Shown: piece by piece, positions 26,993 through 39,188 of the stretch
Position numbering within the stretch: position 1 is the first letter of the stretch
Layout of the letters: each line of letters starts with the position of its first letter
Source: Octopus vulgaris
Taxonomy: Eukaryota
Direction of reading: 5' to 3'
DNA: 64,000 nt
NCBI GenBank assembly: GCA_951406725.2
Contig: OX597814.1
Coordinates: 167,896,001-167,960,000 of the forward strand
Translations under genes and position numbers: made by a program
Notes under the pieces: generated by a model
The model's input: the letters and a program-made list of their open reading frames with translations, nothing else
What the model was told of the DNA's origin: nothing
The model's database searches: none

Positions 26993-28202
26993 ATTTAGAT
27001 GTTGTTTCTCTGTTTGAAATCACATGGTTCCAGGTTTGATTCAACTGCACTGCACCTGAAATCAATCAGTGGAATGTTTGCACTTGAAATTGGGGATACA
27101 GAAACTGCAAAAGCCTGTTAGCTGGACTGTTTTTGCCCCTGAATAGTAGATTTAATTTATCCCTTGGTTTAACACCACCTCATAACTTTTAGTGCCTTTA
27201 GCAGTATTATCTTTGATGTACTGCTTCCTAATACAGTAATGCTTAAATCATAGTTTCTTCCTCTCTTTCCTCTACATTTTCAAAGGCCTTACAGAAAAGT
27301 TTTTGGGTGTTGTCCTTCTTTCTGTAGCTAAACCATTGAAAAAACAGAAAGAAAGGAAGGAAGGCAGAAAGAAAGAAAGAAACACCCTAGTAGAGTGAGA
27401 AATACTAGCATTCTGTAAATTTGCCAATTTGTACCATAAATCATTGCACTCAGTCAAAACTTGATGCCAAAGACATTCCTTTTGTAATAAGATGTTCATT
27501 ACAAAAGGAAGGTACTTACAAGCCTTGTTTATGTGTAACAGATTATGTGACAACTGAGAGATAATGTAACTAGTATAGGATTTTCAAGATTTGGCACTAA
27601 CTTTTCAGTGGTAAAGCTATTCCACAGGTGACATGTAGTTGGCTTTACAAGTCTAGGCAGTCTTGCTTAGTTGACAGTGCACCAACAGTTCTTAGTAGCT
27701 TCTCTCTCTCTCCTCTTAACTTGAGTAAATAACAATTTTACATTGTTTTTCTTACGGTGTGTGTGTGTGGAAAGAGAGACAGCCAGACATTAAATTAACT
27801 TAATTTAGAATTGATTCTCTTTTTAATATGTAGGAAGCACAATAATTTTGACAATGATTTTAAAAGTCTTGAAAATCTATATTGAAGCTACATAGCCAGT
27901 ATTTTCTTTCATTTGTCCTATTCAATCGATTTTTGTTCTTTTTCTTTTTCTGTTTTTTTTTTAGTTCTGTAGTCATGCTTTTAGAACAAACCACTTCCAT
28001 TTAGAATTAGCGACTGTCCAAATTAAAAATGGATAAACTTTAACATTGCTCCAAAAAATTATATTCTGATCATCAAATTCGATATTCGGACATTGCTATG
28101 GTGATTATTTTGCAGGTTCATTATGGATATATTTAGGAAGGAAAAATCAGTAATTCAAATAGCTCTTGATATTGACTTTCGTTGAAACTGATCATCTATT
28201 TG

Positions 28203-28415
28203 CATTTAATATGATAACCATATTTTATAATTCATCTTCCCATTTGCAGTTAAAGATCAATATCTGTCAAGCGCATTAATTTATAATGAATGTTTCTTGA
28301 ATTTCTGATTACTTCTAATGCTCTATAATGTTACATAATGCTTCACTGTTCCAGATATGCTCTCCTTTCATTTTCTTTTATATCATCTGTTCACAAAGAA
28401 ATCAATGTTTCATTT
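28203..28415. promoter_or_regulatory. Duplicated non-coding element, copy 1 (candidate enhancer or structured RNA)
   Basis: Block-wise similarity to 38972-39188; no open frame; rich in TAAT, ATCAAT and CACAAAG motifs. The duplication is seen, the function is inferred. Confidence 0.4.
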
Positions 28416-28575
28416 GCTTCAGATTTGCCTGTTCCAAGATTGCAAGATTGCTTTTCAACAAATGATTACTCAATCAGTTAAAAGATAACCAGTTTTTTTT
28501 TTGTCTTGTTTTGTTTTGTTATCAAAAGAAATATAGACATGTTTATAAGAATTTTTTTTTTATTATTATTTCCAG

Positions 28576-28687
28576 CTACTATGAATTGGATGACACAGAT
28601 TACAGCTCTATTAATAGATATTTGTCTGAATTAGTGGAGAAATGTGTTTACGATTTGAGCCAGTCATACTGCATTGGAATTGATGAG
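28576..28687 (+). CDS. ASCC3: ASCC3 internal exon A, (S)YYELDDTDYSSINRYLSELVEKCVYDLSQSYCIGIDE
   Basis: Acceptor ttccag at 28570-28575 and donor gtaaat at 28688. Peptide aligns with recalled vertebrate ASCC3 SYYNLGDVSHDSVNKFLSHLIEKSLIELELSYCIEIGE. Ends in phase 0. Confidence 0.93.
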
Positions 28688-28974
28688 GTAAATCCTTTTG
28701 AAATGTGGAATTTCAATCTGTTTTATAATTAATACTAAATAAATACAACTTTTGTAAGTTTTTTTACTAATCTTTATTTCTGAAGCTTTACATACAATAT
28801 AGACCATTGTTTGCATTGTCTGAAAAGATAATAATACAAACCGACCAGATTAAAAATATTCTTCATTAGTGTTTCACAACAGATGTCAGTATTTTATGTA
28901 TTGCCTGTGTTTGACAAATATTACATTGTTTGTTTTGCTTTTTACTTGCTAGGACTGGAGGGGGAGGTAGTGCC

Positions 28975-29560
28975 TTGACTTCTGTAGATCCTCTAAGACC
29001 AGTGAAACTGATGTTGTTAATATTCTGTTTAAATTTTTGCAAGTCGCTATCTGCAAGAAAAACATGTGCAAGAAGGAGATTCCAGGGGGCCAGTGTTTTT
29101 AGAAGGAATAACTGGGCATAATAGTTTATGCAGGTCTTGGTGTGAGATGAACACAACAAGGGTAATGGGAGATGGTGAAACATGTTTGTTGGGTGTATCT
29201 GAATGAAGGAAGTACAAGGCCAGCCAACTCCATAGAACAGAGGCCATTATAGTAGAGTAGAAAAGACAGAAAGAGGAGATAGCATGCATGTGGGCCAGAG
29301 ACTGGAGCATGTCTGTGAGTGACTTAATATCAGTAGGTCAAGTAGTCTTTATCTGGATATAGTCCAAGATGTCTGGGTGCATAGCAGTATACTATCCTAG
29401 ATGTAGGAGCAATAGTCCGTTGCAGGTTTTGCTTTTGTCAGTGATTATTAGGGTCTAAAATATTTTCTAGCCTTCAGGTTTGGGATATAGTCCTAACTAT
29501 GTTAAGCCTTTTACTATGGAAATCAGATATATCCACTCAAAATTTCATTACCCTTAACTG
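28975..29560 (-). mobile_element. Decayed 3' end of a CR1/L2-group LINE
   Basis: Minus-strand LQSLAHMHAISSFCLFY resembles the LQPLSHRRNVASLSLFYRYY C-terminal motif of these LINEs. Confidence 0.55.
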
Positions 29561-29983
29561 CATAAAGTAGTTTTATATACCAGTCTGTCTTTTTGTTGAG
29601 ATACATTGTGTTTGAAACCATTTTCTGTTGAGACCTACCAAGTTTACTGAGGTAGCAGGACTTGCAGAAAAGCCAATTCTTTTTTTTTTTTTTTTTGATA
29701 GATATGTAACATTACTGGAATAATTATGAAATTTAATTTAACAATCAAAGTGTTAAGAATATGCTTTTGCTGAAGGAGACATATGTGATAGTGAGGCCAA
29801 AGATTTAGAGCAAACATGAGAGCTATGTGCCACTCATGTTTAAGATAGGGATGTAAGTGTGTTTTCTTGATATAGATAGTACTTGAGTGGTATTTGGTTG
29901 AGAGGTCCTGCTTCTAGGAAATAAAGGTATACAAAATATACTTTTTGAAATATTGATTGAAATGTTAATGTTGATGTAATGTG

Positions 29984-30394
29984 TGTAGCGGCACAAGCAG
30001 TCAGCGCCATATTGGATGAGATCTCGCGGCAGCCATTGCCATCTCCGAGATTGGAGCGAGACCTCACCTGCATCCATTTGCCATGCACAAGATCACAACG
30101 AGGCTCGTGATGGAAAACTATATAAGGGAAAACCCGATTTAGACCTCTTTCTTTTGGCGCTACTTCACAGCAGTGCTAGCTGAACACCACCACTGACTGG
30201 GCCTTTCTGCATATGTACCTCCAGAGGCAATTTGTGCCTGCACTAACGGAGCTACTACACAACGCACACAGCTTCTGATGGTTGCTGAGAGCTGCACACT
30301 TCACCTATCCTGTAAAACTTGTAAATAAAACCAGTTGTAAATAGCATTTGTACTTGATGTCTTCTCTCTTCGCCTGCCAGAAGCCTGAACTACA
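29984..30394 (+). mobile_element. Solo LTR
   Basis: TGTAG...CTACA inverted termini, TATATAA at ~30119, AATAAA at ~30324, CpG-rich against an AT-rich background. No clear TSD. Confidence 0.7.
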
Positions 30395-32937
30395 CAAAGA
30401 ACAAAAGATGATGGAAGAAGATGATATTCTGATATCATAAACCTTGCCTTCCATTATATGTGTTATAATGGGTTTTCTTTGTAATATTTGCACTTTATCA
30501 TAACTTCTCTCTTAGAATAGAAACTTTCTACTCCAACTTCTCAAACCAAAGAATCCTCACTGTTGCATGTTCTTTGAATTCCCAATATACTATTATTTCT
30601 CTTTGAAACTCAGTATTCTCAACAACAAAAACTGCTAAAATGTATTTTTACCCTGATCAATTACTAACACTTTTACAAGGCTTACATATGTTTCCTACAT
30701 ATAACTGTGCACCCTCTAATCATTGAATTTTATGAGGAAGGAAAGTTATATATTTAAAGATAATCTTTGTTAGCATACCAATAATCAGTTTTATATTTAC
30801 CTCTTTTCCTTCAAATTTTCTATACTTTTCCCATTTCTATTTAATATTACATGCTATGATAACTTTTTTTTTCCAAATTGATTCTTTCACTGATTCTCTT
30901 CCATGCAACATATTAAATCCTTCTTTTTTTTAAAAAAAAATGTTGTTGTTGAGAAGGGAATCAGAATATGCTCTAATTGCCTTAGTATAGTTCCTACAAT
31001 CATATATTACATGGCAAAGTTCAAACCTAACTGAAACATGCTTTATCCATTGTCTATCTCTGTTGAATATTTACTTAGTTACTTCTATGCCAGACATCTG
31101 CTGGAGCAGATATTCTGCTGTTAATTAACAAGAACAACTTAATCTATGTCTAGCTGTTTTCTACATGTAAGGTTTACATCATATAATGATTTTAACACTC
31201 CTTTTATAAGAAGGGTTTGGCTTTATTGGAATTATCCTTAGGACAGCCAATACAAAATGCAAACTCTTTTCCCTTCAACATCTGTTTTTACATGCTTACA
31301 TGGATGGAATTGTTTTTCTTTAAAGAGTCTTTCTCCTTCCTTCTGCTAAGCCATACATACACACACACATATGTTATGTTTGTATGTCCATGCTTGCATA
31401 AGTTGATCAAATTTATGTGAGCACATCTGTCCCCATGGCGGTTGTAGAAATATGTAAAAGCAATATGTATACCAGAACATATGTAACTAGAATAATGTTC
31501 AAGCCGAATATATTTCTTCATGTACAGAGGAAGCAAATTATGATTAAGAGAAACATTGTTTTAAAATCTTTGATAATATGTAAAATTAGTTGTTAGATAC
31601 AATAAAACTGTATGAATAGAGTTGTATAAACTCTCACTGGAATTAATCAACAAACCATATTTTGATTCCCAGCTGTAAGTCATTCTACTTTTATATTGCT
31701 TATATTCTTGAGAAGCAGAGAAACCTTAGAAAATCTCATTTCAACTCTCCTTCAAATACAGGAACTTTTGCTTAAGTATGAAATAAATATTCCATCCTTA
31801 CATAAGCATGAAATCTCAGAATTTTAGGCATTGTGAAATTATGAAGTTGATGATTTTTTTCAAAAGCATTAGAAATTCAATTTCTGCCTGGTACCCACAT
31901 TTGCTGATTTTGATATCACTAACTGGCACTTACGTACCTTTAGGAAAGTCTATATTGTTGAACATAATCAAGCCAGGTCTTTGATCTGAGGATAACTTCC
32001 TCAAACCAGTCTCATGGGCTCTAAAAAGGATCATGGGTGTTGACTTTGTTCTCTAATTAAATTATTTTTAAAAAATGGAAAAAAAGAACATCTGGTCACA
32101 GATTCAGCTTGCTTGAGAAACTTAACCTCAAAAGGTTAACCCTTTTGTTACTCTGTATCTAATTAAACAATAAGTTGCTTAAACAAAATGCTAGGATGCT
32201 AGGTGTTTCCATTATTTTGTCCAACCCCTATATATATATGATTATAGTTTACAAATGAAAACTTTTAGAATTTTGTTTATCGTAGGACCAAAAGCAGTCT
32301 CAAATGGGTTGATAGTAGAAGGATCAAGGGAAAGGGTATTAAGAGTTTGGCTATGTAATTAAAAAGTTAACTTCTCAACAATATAAACTTGGGTTCAATT
32401 CCACTGCACAGTACCTTGAGCAAATGTCTTCTTCTGTAGCCTTGGGTAGGTCAGAGTCTTGTAAGTGAATTTGGTAGGAAAAAACTGTGTGTGTGCAATG
32501 AGTATGTATATACATATGTGTGTGTGAGTGTGGTGTGTATGTATACATGTACTTCTGTAATGAGTGTGTGTGTGTATGTGTTCATGTCCCTTTGTCTTGA
32601 TATGATATCCTAGAGTATCACTGTCATACAGATGGTGTTGTTCGTTAATAATCTTCCATGAAGTCATGTCTGCCTATTGTGCTGTTTATACCTGAAGAAA
32701 CAGAGGAAATATTATCTTAATATTGACAACAGCCAGAGTATCCAACCATAGAAAATCTCAATGCATTTCATCTCACCCATACAAGTATGAAAAAGCAAAC
32801 ATTAAAACTGTTGTTGTTGTCGGTGGCAGCAGCTGCTGCTGGTCACAGTAATGATGATGGTTTTTAATGTAAATGTTATCAAATTTAAGAACCAGTTCGT
32901 ACACATGCAACATGCAGTGAACCTTTTACTCTGAGCG

Positions 32938-33062
32938 AGAGGCCCTTTATTACCAGCAGAGGTAAGAGCTCTATGAACTTTGCCCAGGCTATTCTTATTC
33001 TAGCAGAATAGCCTGGGCAAAGTTCAGAGAGCTCTTTCCTCTGCTGGTGACAAAGGGCCTCT
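32938..33062. repeat. 58-bp inverted repeat with a 9-nt loop
   Basis: Arm 32938-32995 is the reverse complement of 33005-33062 at 54 of 58 positions. Confidence 0.95.
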
Positions 33063-33069
33063 TCACTAT

Positions 33070-33168
33070 AAATAAATCAAAAAACATAAAAGTAAGCAAG
33101 CTTTTGACAGTTTTGTAGATATTTCAAAATTATGATGCTAGGTGTTTCCATTATTTTGTCCAACCCCT
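33070..33168 (-). mobile_element. Isolated Tc1 end, same family as 15034-16606
   Basis: Matches 16525-16606 and ends in AGGTGTTTCCATTATTTTGTCCAACCCCT; another end fragment lies at ~32190-32230. Confidence 0.8.
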
Positions 33169-33773
33169 ATATATATATGTGTGTGTGTGTGTGTGTATAC
33201 ATATATTTATATATACAGAGACCTCATTATACTTTCTTATCTGTGTGGACACTACTCATTAATATAATGCCCACATATGTTAAATCATTACAAACTGCAC
33301 AAGGCATTTCTACTAAATACTACATTAATTATTTAAATGCATCAAATGATGTCAGTTTGTTTCTATAAATCTTTCAAAGACGATGCTGTCTGTTTACTTC
33401 TGAAATGAATTCTCTGAGTGTGTGTGTGTGTGTGTGTGTGTGCGTGCATGTGTGTGTGTGCGTGCGTGCATGTGTGTGTGTGTGTGTGTGTGACAGGTTT
33501 CCACACAGTTTCCATTTACGAAATTCATTCACAAGGCATTGGTCAATCTAGGGTTATAGTAGAAGACACTTGCCCCTGTGCCATGCAATGGGACTGAACC
33601 CCCGAAGTATGTTGTGGCAAAGCAAACTTCTATACCTCAAGGCCATGCCTGCATGCAACCTAACACTGAAACTGAAGAAATTTTAAAAGATGTTTTTCTT
33701 ATTCTTTCAGCATATTTTTTGTACAGTTTTTATTCTGTCACATTCCTAATTTCTGTTGTTATTGCCATGACAG

Positions 33774-33908
33774 GACAATTCCAGAATCCAGCCAACTACC
33801 CTTGGTAGAATAGCATCTTATTACTACTTGAGCCATAAAACTCTCAAGATGTTCCATGAAGAACTGAGTGAAGTTTGTGGAATACCCGAACTTATCAAAA
33901 TCTTGTCT
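33774..33908 (+). CDS. ASCC3: ASCC3 internal exon B, DNSRIQPTTLGRIASYYYLSHKTLKMFHEELSEVCGIPELIKILS
   Basis: cag|GAC acceptor and TCT|gtaagt donor; 135 nt, phase 0/0. Carries the GRIASYYYL motif that opens the Sec63 domain of ASCC3/Brr2 helicases. Missed by the ORF track. Confidence 0.95.
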
Positions 33909-34019
33909 GTAAGTTTGTTTTCTTATTTTTCATTATTATTTGTTGGTTTATTTATGTGCATTAAATAGAAAACTACAGGTGTGAATTGGTAGACAGTTAC
34001 ATACAGTAGTGCCAATCAT

Positions 34020-34372
34020 TTAAAATGGATGGAACACTTGTGGAAGAGGGAGACCCAGGAAGACATGGGATGAAGTATTGAAAGCCAACCTCAAGACACT
34101 GATCTTTATGAAGGAGATAACTAAGGATTGAGATATCTGGTGCATTACTGTACTCAAGGAAACCTGTCCACCACATTAGAAATGATACTGGTGCTGGTGT
34201 CACATAAAAAGTGCTCAGTACACTCTGTGGAGTAGTTAGCATTAGGAAGGGTGTCTAGCAATAGAAACTATGCCAGAACAGACAATGAAGCTTGGTGCAG
34301 CCTTTGGCTTTATCAACTGTGGTCAAACCAACAAACCCATGCTAACATGGAAAATGGATGTGAAATGATGGT
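34020..34372 (+). mobile_element. 5'-truncated RTE LINE end (ORF C-terminus plus 3' UTR)
   Basis: CGRGRPRKTWDEVLK..DIW followed by the aaaagtgctc..ggaagggtgtctagc tail. A reverse copy lies at ~55301-55710. Confidence 0.75.
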
Positions 34373-34503
34373 GTCAGAATGTAGGAATGCTTTATGGTGT
34401 TTGATCTGGTTCTCTGCTCATTGAGTCCAAACCCTGCTGAGATTAACTTGATCTATGATTTTTATGAGTTGATAAATAGAGTGCTACTCCAAGTTCAAAG
34501 GTC

Positions 34504-34534
<31 letters not shown>

Positions 34535-34634
34535 TCATACGTTTCGTCTCATTCGATACCCTGACCCCAATGTTTGTTTTGTCTGTCCTCGTATTGTCCC
34601 CTCTTTTTCTCAACCTTATGGTGAATAAAGAAAT

Positions 34635-34746
34635 TCTCTCTCTCTGTCTCTCTCTCTCTGTCTCTCTCTCTCTCTCTGTCTCTCTCTCTCTCTGTCTCTC
34701 TGTCTCTCTCTCTGTCTCTCTCTCTCTCTGTCTCTCTCTCTCTCTT
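34635..34746. repeat. (CT)n/(CTGT) microsatellite
   Basis: Read directly. Confidence 0.95.
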
Positions 34747-37120
34747 CTATTGCACAGTGATTATGATCATGCTGGATCTCTCAAAATGAAGAAAGGTTGA
34801 GGGAGGAGCTAGGCAACCTCTTTTTATAGAAATACTGATATGCTACTGAAAGTTTTCAATGAGGGCCATATGCGCAGTACAGTGCAGAATGTAAATTAAG
34901 GAGAAAATTTCAAAAGAAATACATTACTACTATTTCATTGATTTGGGGTGGACAGATTGAGCTATCAATAAGATATTCAGTTTCCTTATTTACTTAATTT
35001 ATTATTTGAATCATATTGTGTACTTTGTAAAGGAAATACAAAGAAAAAATATCCTATTCAGTAGAGAACTAAAAAAAACTATGACATTGTAAAACTGAGT
35101 ATGTCATCTTAGTTAAGACACTATTTAGATTGATTATATTATAAACAAGAAATGCAAGCCAGTAAGAGAGGAGAAGTATGGTGGGTTTACTCTATGCATC
35201 CTCATTGATTGATTGAAAGATATTGATATGAAAATCTGTTATTGTTATGTATATTGCAGTTTTTATATCATTGAGATTATCAAAATGAAAACATCATTTT
35301 GCAGAGATAAGAATGACATATCATTTATCCTTTATCTTTTACTTGTATCACTCATTGGACTGCAGCCATGCTGGGGCACTGCCTTGAAGGGTTTTAGTCA
35401 AACAAATTGACTCCAGTGCTTATATTTTTTGCTTAAAGTCTGGTATTTATTTCATCAGTGTATTTTGCTGCACTGCTAAGTTACAGACATAAACATAGTG
35501 TTAGACATAAACAAACCAACTCCAGTCGCCAAGCAGTGGGATGTATGACAAACACAGACACAAAGACACACATACACATACATACACACGACAGGCTTAC
35601 ACACAATTTCTCTCTTCCAAATTCACCCACAAGGCATTGGTCAATCTGGAGCTAAAGTAGAAAACACTTGCCCAAGGTGCCATTCAATGGAATTGAACCT
35701 AAAACCACATGGCTGCAAAGTAAGCTTTGTAACCACACAGCTATGCATGGAGATTATCCAAATTATACTTCCAGTAATTCAGGCAAAATTATTTTAATTT
35801 TCTGAACCATGTTGTAAATTGCACTATCGCAGTATTTAGTGTAAGCAATTAAACATAAAAATATTTCAAATAGTGACTACATTAATTTGAAAGCAAACAT
35901 AAAAAACAAAAACAAACAAACAGAACATGGCTTATAAATTATGGTTAATTTATGCTAAAATGTCTAAGAGGACTAAAATTTCAAATCTTAGTTTGTAAAT
36001 TATTTTTAATTTCAAATTTTCATGATAGAAATTTTTATAAAGTAGAACTGATGCGTGCAAGAGGTAATCAACTAATTAAGTTTTTTGGTGTGGTTTTTTT
36101 TTGTCTTTTATTTATTTATTTATTTATTTAATCTTTGTTCTGGCTTGGCTGATATGAAAATTGTTTTTATTTTTATTTAGCAAAAAAAAAAAAAAAAATT
36201 GTAACAGTTATAGATCTTGATTAAAAATTTTTTCTGTCTGTGGACAACATTTCATCAACACTATATAGCAACAAAGTTTTATAGACCATAAAGATTAATG
36301 TTAGCACTGAAACATTTCACAGATTTTTTTTTTTTTCAGAACAAATAATATTAACAGACAGAATGTTAATATCTTATTTAACAGTTATTGCCAAACAAAT
36401 GGATAAATATTGTTATTTAATTAGGGTTCAGCACTGATCAGATAGATCTATAATCAAAAGGTATTCCAGCTGTGACTATCCTGGTTTTTACTCTGACGGG
36501 GTATATGTGGGACTACATTATCGAGTATACCCTAACTAATTTTCTAAACAGCAGGGTGTCATACAAAAATGTGTGGTTACAATTGGTTTTAAATTTTGGC
36601 ACAAGGCCAGCAATATGTGGTTACTATTGCAAGCTGAATAACCACTTAGAAGTTCCCTTGTTGTTTATATGCAAGTGATATCATGGCTGCATGTAAGATG
36701 GCTTGCATGCAGCCATCTTTACATGTAGCATCAATTTGTATGTGAATTAAGCACAATCATTTTTGATATCTATTTTTCCATGCTTGCATGGGTCAGATGG
36801 AGTAGATTGAGGCAAATTTTCTTTGTCTATTGCCAACCATTACATGACCAGACATGTTTTCACAGAATGTTGTAAATGAAGGACATTCATTTACAACAAT
36901 CAAGTAATGTCAAAATAATGTTAAACATGCATTTACTTTTGCACACACACACACACAGTCAAGTGTGTGTGTGTGTGTATGTCATGCCAGTGCCACTTTA
37001 AAAGCACCCAGCACACACTGTAAAGTGGCTGGTGTTAGGAAGGGCATCCAGTCATAAAATCGAAGCCAAATCAGACTGGAACCTGGTGCAGCTCTCTGGC
37101 TTACCAACTCTGGTCAAACC

Positions 37121-37348
37121 TATTTCTTTGCTACCCACAAGGGGCTAAACACAGATGGAACAAACAAGGACAGACAAACAGATTAAGTCGATTACATCGA
37201 CCCCAGTGCGTAACTGGTACTTAATTTATCGACCCCGAAAGGATGAAGGCAAAGTTGACCTCGGCGGGATTTGAACTCTCAATGTAAAGACAAACGAAAT
37301 ACTGCTAAGCATTTCGCCCAGCGTGCTAGCATTTCTGCCAGCTCGCCG
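37121..37348 (-). mobile_element. Family 2 SINE inserted into an RTE-tail repeat
   Basis: 11-bp TSD CTGGTCAAACC at 37110-37120 and 37349-37359. Confidence 0.88.
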
Positions 37349-38971
37349 CTGGTCAAACCATCGAACCCATGCCAACATGGAAAACAGATGTTAAAGGATG
37401 ATGTTAATGATATGACAGGCTTTTTCTGGTTTCCATCTACCAAATCCACTCACAAGACACTTGTCTAAAGCGTTACATGGTGAAACCAAACCTGAAATCA
37501 TGTGGTTGGGGAACAAACTTCTTAGCCACACAGCCGCACCTGTACCTTACATGGATTTAGACTTTACTAACATGATAGCATTTTTTTTTTTTTGTAATAG
37601 TATATTTGACAGATTTCTCATTTTCCTCTGGTTTAGTTAAAGTAATGCTGCTTAATTACTTTTGCACTAGTAATTATCAAGTCTAATTTTCTTTTATTTT
37701 GTTTTAGGTAATGTTATGTGCTAATTATATGTTCTTAATTCTTAATTCGATAATTATTGTTTTTGAAGTTATTAACTGTTTTGTACTTTGTCCGTGAGTG
37801 AAGAAAACCTTTTTATGTATCTATTTTGAAAGAAAAATAAATGAATCAGAGGTCCTTCCCAAGCCAGATTCTGTGGCATATATATTTCCCACCTGGATGG
37901 AATGCTGCTCTGTTGCAGGATTACTCACTTTTGCCAACTGAATGGACTGGAGCAACAGGAAATGAAGTGTTTTGCTCAATATTGCAACACATCACCTAGT
38001 CCAGGAATCAAAACCACAATCTTACAATCATGATTGCAACATCCTAACCACTAAGCCAAGCACCTTCTCATGAATCTGTTTATCTAAATTTAATTGAAGT
38101 TTTAGCCAGGTTTTGTCTCTCCTGCTGAAGCTATTTCTTAACTTAGTAAAAATAGTTCAGGCATAGCCATGTGGTACTAAGAGGCTTACTTCATAGTCAC
38201 CTATTTCTGGATTTGATCTTATTGCGTGGTACATTTATTTAAGAATTCAAGCATGTCTGTATGATTAAGACTTCACTTCAAAACTACATAGTTTTGGGTT
38301 TGATCTTGATACACAGCACCGTGAGCAAAGAATTTCTATCTTAGCCTTGGGTTGACCAAAAGCTTCAAAGTGGAAGTCCATCAGATGCATATATCATCAT
38401 CTTTGGTAGTAGCTATGGTCACAGTGGCATTTTAATATCCATTTCTCCATGCTTGCATGAGTCACAGAATTCATTGAAGCATATTTTCTGTGATGCCTTT
38501 TCTGATATCAGGCTTCACCTGTTCCCAAACACAGTAATATTTCCTCATTACATGAAGACTGGAAAATATGGAAAACTGCGAACAAAGAACACTGTATTAC
38601 AGTGACACTTATTTATAGCTATTGCACAATATCTCAGACAACACAACACACACACACACACTCATAATGGTCTTCTTTCAGTTTCCATCTACCAAATCAT
38701 TTCATAAGGCTTGGTTGGCCCAAGGTTTTAGTAGAAGATACTTGCCCAAGGTGCCAGAATGCTGTGGGATTGAACCTGAATCCACTGGTTTTAAGAAGTC
38801 AACTTTTGAACCACATAACCACACCTTCATCTTGTATGTGTATATACAAATGTACATAATCCTGGATACATGATCAGAAAATAGTGTTGGGTGTATTCAT
38901 GGCTGGAACCACTTAATCATTGATCTGCTTGATCAGAACTGACCTGGGGTTAAACAGCAACAATGATAAGT

Positions 38972-39188
38972 CATTTAATATGAGGCAGCATTTTATAATT
39001 CCTCTTTCCTTCTGTAGACAAAGATCAATTTATATGTCTATCAGGTGCATTAATTTATAATGAAATCTACTTAAATTTCTGATTGCTTCTAATGTTTTGT
39101 AATATTATATAATGCTAGTTCGTTCCAGATGACGTTCTAGCCATATTTTGTTTTATTGTTTGCTCACAAAGAAATCAATGTTCCATTT
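38972..39188. promoter_or_regulatory. Duplicated non-coding element, copy 2
   Basis: Shares CATTTAATATGA, TTTTATAATTC, AAAGATCAAT, GCATTAATTTATAATGAA, AATTTCTGATT, CTTCTAATG, ATAATGCT, GTTCCAGAT and TCACAAAGAAATCAATGTT with 28203-28415. Confidence 0.4.

Noticed and set aside
28203-28415. Duplicated element read as a protein-coding exon or an H/ACA snoRNA
   Set aside because: Stops in the frames examined and non-triplet substitution pattern. An ANANNA and an ACA exist, but conservation continues ~18 nt past the ACA and no convincing two-hairpin fold was seen.
34538-34560. GAAACGTA on the minus strand as another hammerhead
   Set aside because: No upstream CUGANGA core or stem II.
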